64,000 nt of DNA from Geosiphon pyriformis uo1. Its lineage: Eukaryota > Fungi > Glomeromycota. The notes under the pieces were generated by a model. That model had not been told where the DNA came from and did not search any database. It saw only the letters and a program-made list of their open reading frames with translations. This document shows positions 62,960 to 64,000 of this stretch, in pieces. The translations under genes were made by a program, and so were the position numbers. The DNA lies in the NCBI GenBank assembly GCA_016748015.1, contig JAAOMT010000276.1:186001-250000 (forward strand). Reading direction: 5' to 3'. Each line of letters starts with the position of its first letter. Position 1 is the stretch's first letter.

Positions 62960-63904
62960 ATGCCTAGCGCTAACCTTTTAATAAAGCCTGATAATAGCAC
63001 GCTTTCGTTTGATTTCGAAGAATTTGTGAAAGTGGAACTTGGTCTTGGCCTGACTAGTAATAAAGGTAGGTAAAATTGAAAAAAAAAGGGAGAAAACACA
63101 TAAAAAAAACAATCTTTGTTAATGCTCATTTTATTTTTTAGCACACAAAATTTGTCAAAACTACCTGAAAGGTCAATGTTATAAAGGTCCAAGATGTGAA
63201 TACAAACATGCACCAAATAGACGAGACAAAGCGGTGGTGTGTAAACATTGGTTGCGTGGTTTATGCAAAAAGGGAGATCAATGCGAGTTTCTTCACGAGT
63301 TTAATGAACGCAAGATGCCCGAATGTTGGTTTTATACACGATTTGGGGAATGCAGCAATGAAGATTGTTTATATTTGCATATTGATCCAGAGAGTTTAAT
63401 GAAAGAATGCCCATGGTATGCCAGAGGGTTTTGTAAGCACGGTGAGTGCAGAAGGTGAACAAGCAAGCGAGTCAAAAATAGGCTGATTGTTTAACATGCA
63501 AGTGTACTGAATTTCTCTTTATGTTTGAGGACCGGATTGTCGCGACAAACACGTGCGTAAAGTTCTCTGCCCATTATACATGACCGGGTTCTGCCCACAA
63601 GGAGAAAATTGTCCCAATGGACAGTAAGTTTTGTATTTTGTTATATTTCATTTCGTTTTCTCAATACATCAACAAAAGTTTGTTTGATCCCATAGTCCAA
63701 AATATGAATTATCGAGCGTGCAACGTGTACACAATACTGCATTAGAATACGATGCCAAAACTCATCACGAAGTTGATGAGGTAAGTAAACTGCTAGCTAT
63801 TTTATTAAAAGTGGATTGTTTCAAAAATGAATGCTTCTATCGAAAAACAGCATAACACAAAGTATGGTGGCTATCGACCACTTTCGGAAGTTACCTGTTT
63901 TAAG
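62960..63904 (+). CDS. YTH1: CPSF30/Yth1 CCCH zinc-finger 3'-end processing factor (3' part beyond window); exons approx. 62960-63065, 63142-63441, 63530-63623, 63696-63780, 63851-63904
   Basis: FDFEEFV; five CCCH fingers incl. [53 protein letters not shown]; start of a zinc knuckle (EVTCFK). Confidence 0.95.
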
Positions 63905-64000
63905 GTATGTTATATATTATTGGGCCAATAACATTTATTTTCGATTTCTCGCCTGCAGAAAAGACATTTATCAATTTACTTTTAAAAGTGTAATCAAAAG

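Overview
AT-rich, intron-containing fungal DNA; gene structure and TE load resemble Glomeromycota such as Geosiphon (inference, no search run). A NOSIP-like gene (999-2726) is followed by about 40 kb of decayed retroelements. Four copies of one RNase H-bearing LINE family are present: two full-length and two 5'-truncated with TSDs, one of which lies upstream of NOSIP. Two full-length, mutually divergent Ty3/Gypsy-type LTR elements and a solo LTR are nested inside the full-length LINEs, each with a 4-bp TSD. The right end is a housekeeping cluster (SET1, PRA1/YIP3, URB1/NPA1, YTH1/CPSF30) interrupted by a pogo/Tigger DNA transposon that carries a 57-bp tandem array. The most interesting signal is the organisation shared by both LTR elements: (1) a Gag-PR-[Cys-rich module]-dUTPase-RT-RNaseH ORF that stops at the same position just after RNase H; (2) an integrase ORF with its own ATG; (3) a homologous ~230-245 aa non-Env ORF3 ending at the PPT; plus helically phased U3 repeat arrays and an anti-PBS hairpin in U5. 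The long repeats show transition-only, nearly indel-free decay (RIP-like), while a 285-bp LINE fragment has kept its CpGs.
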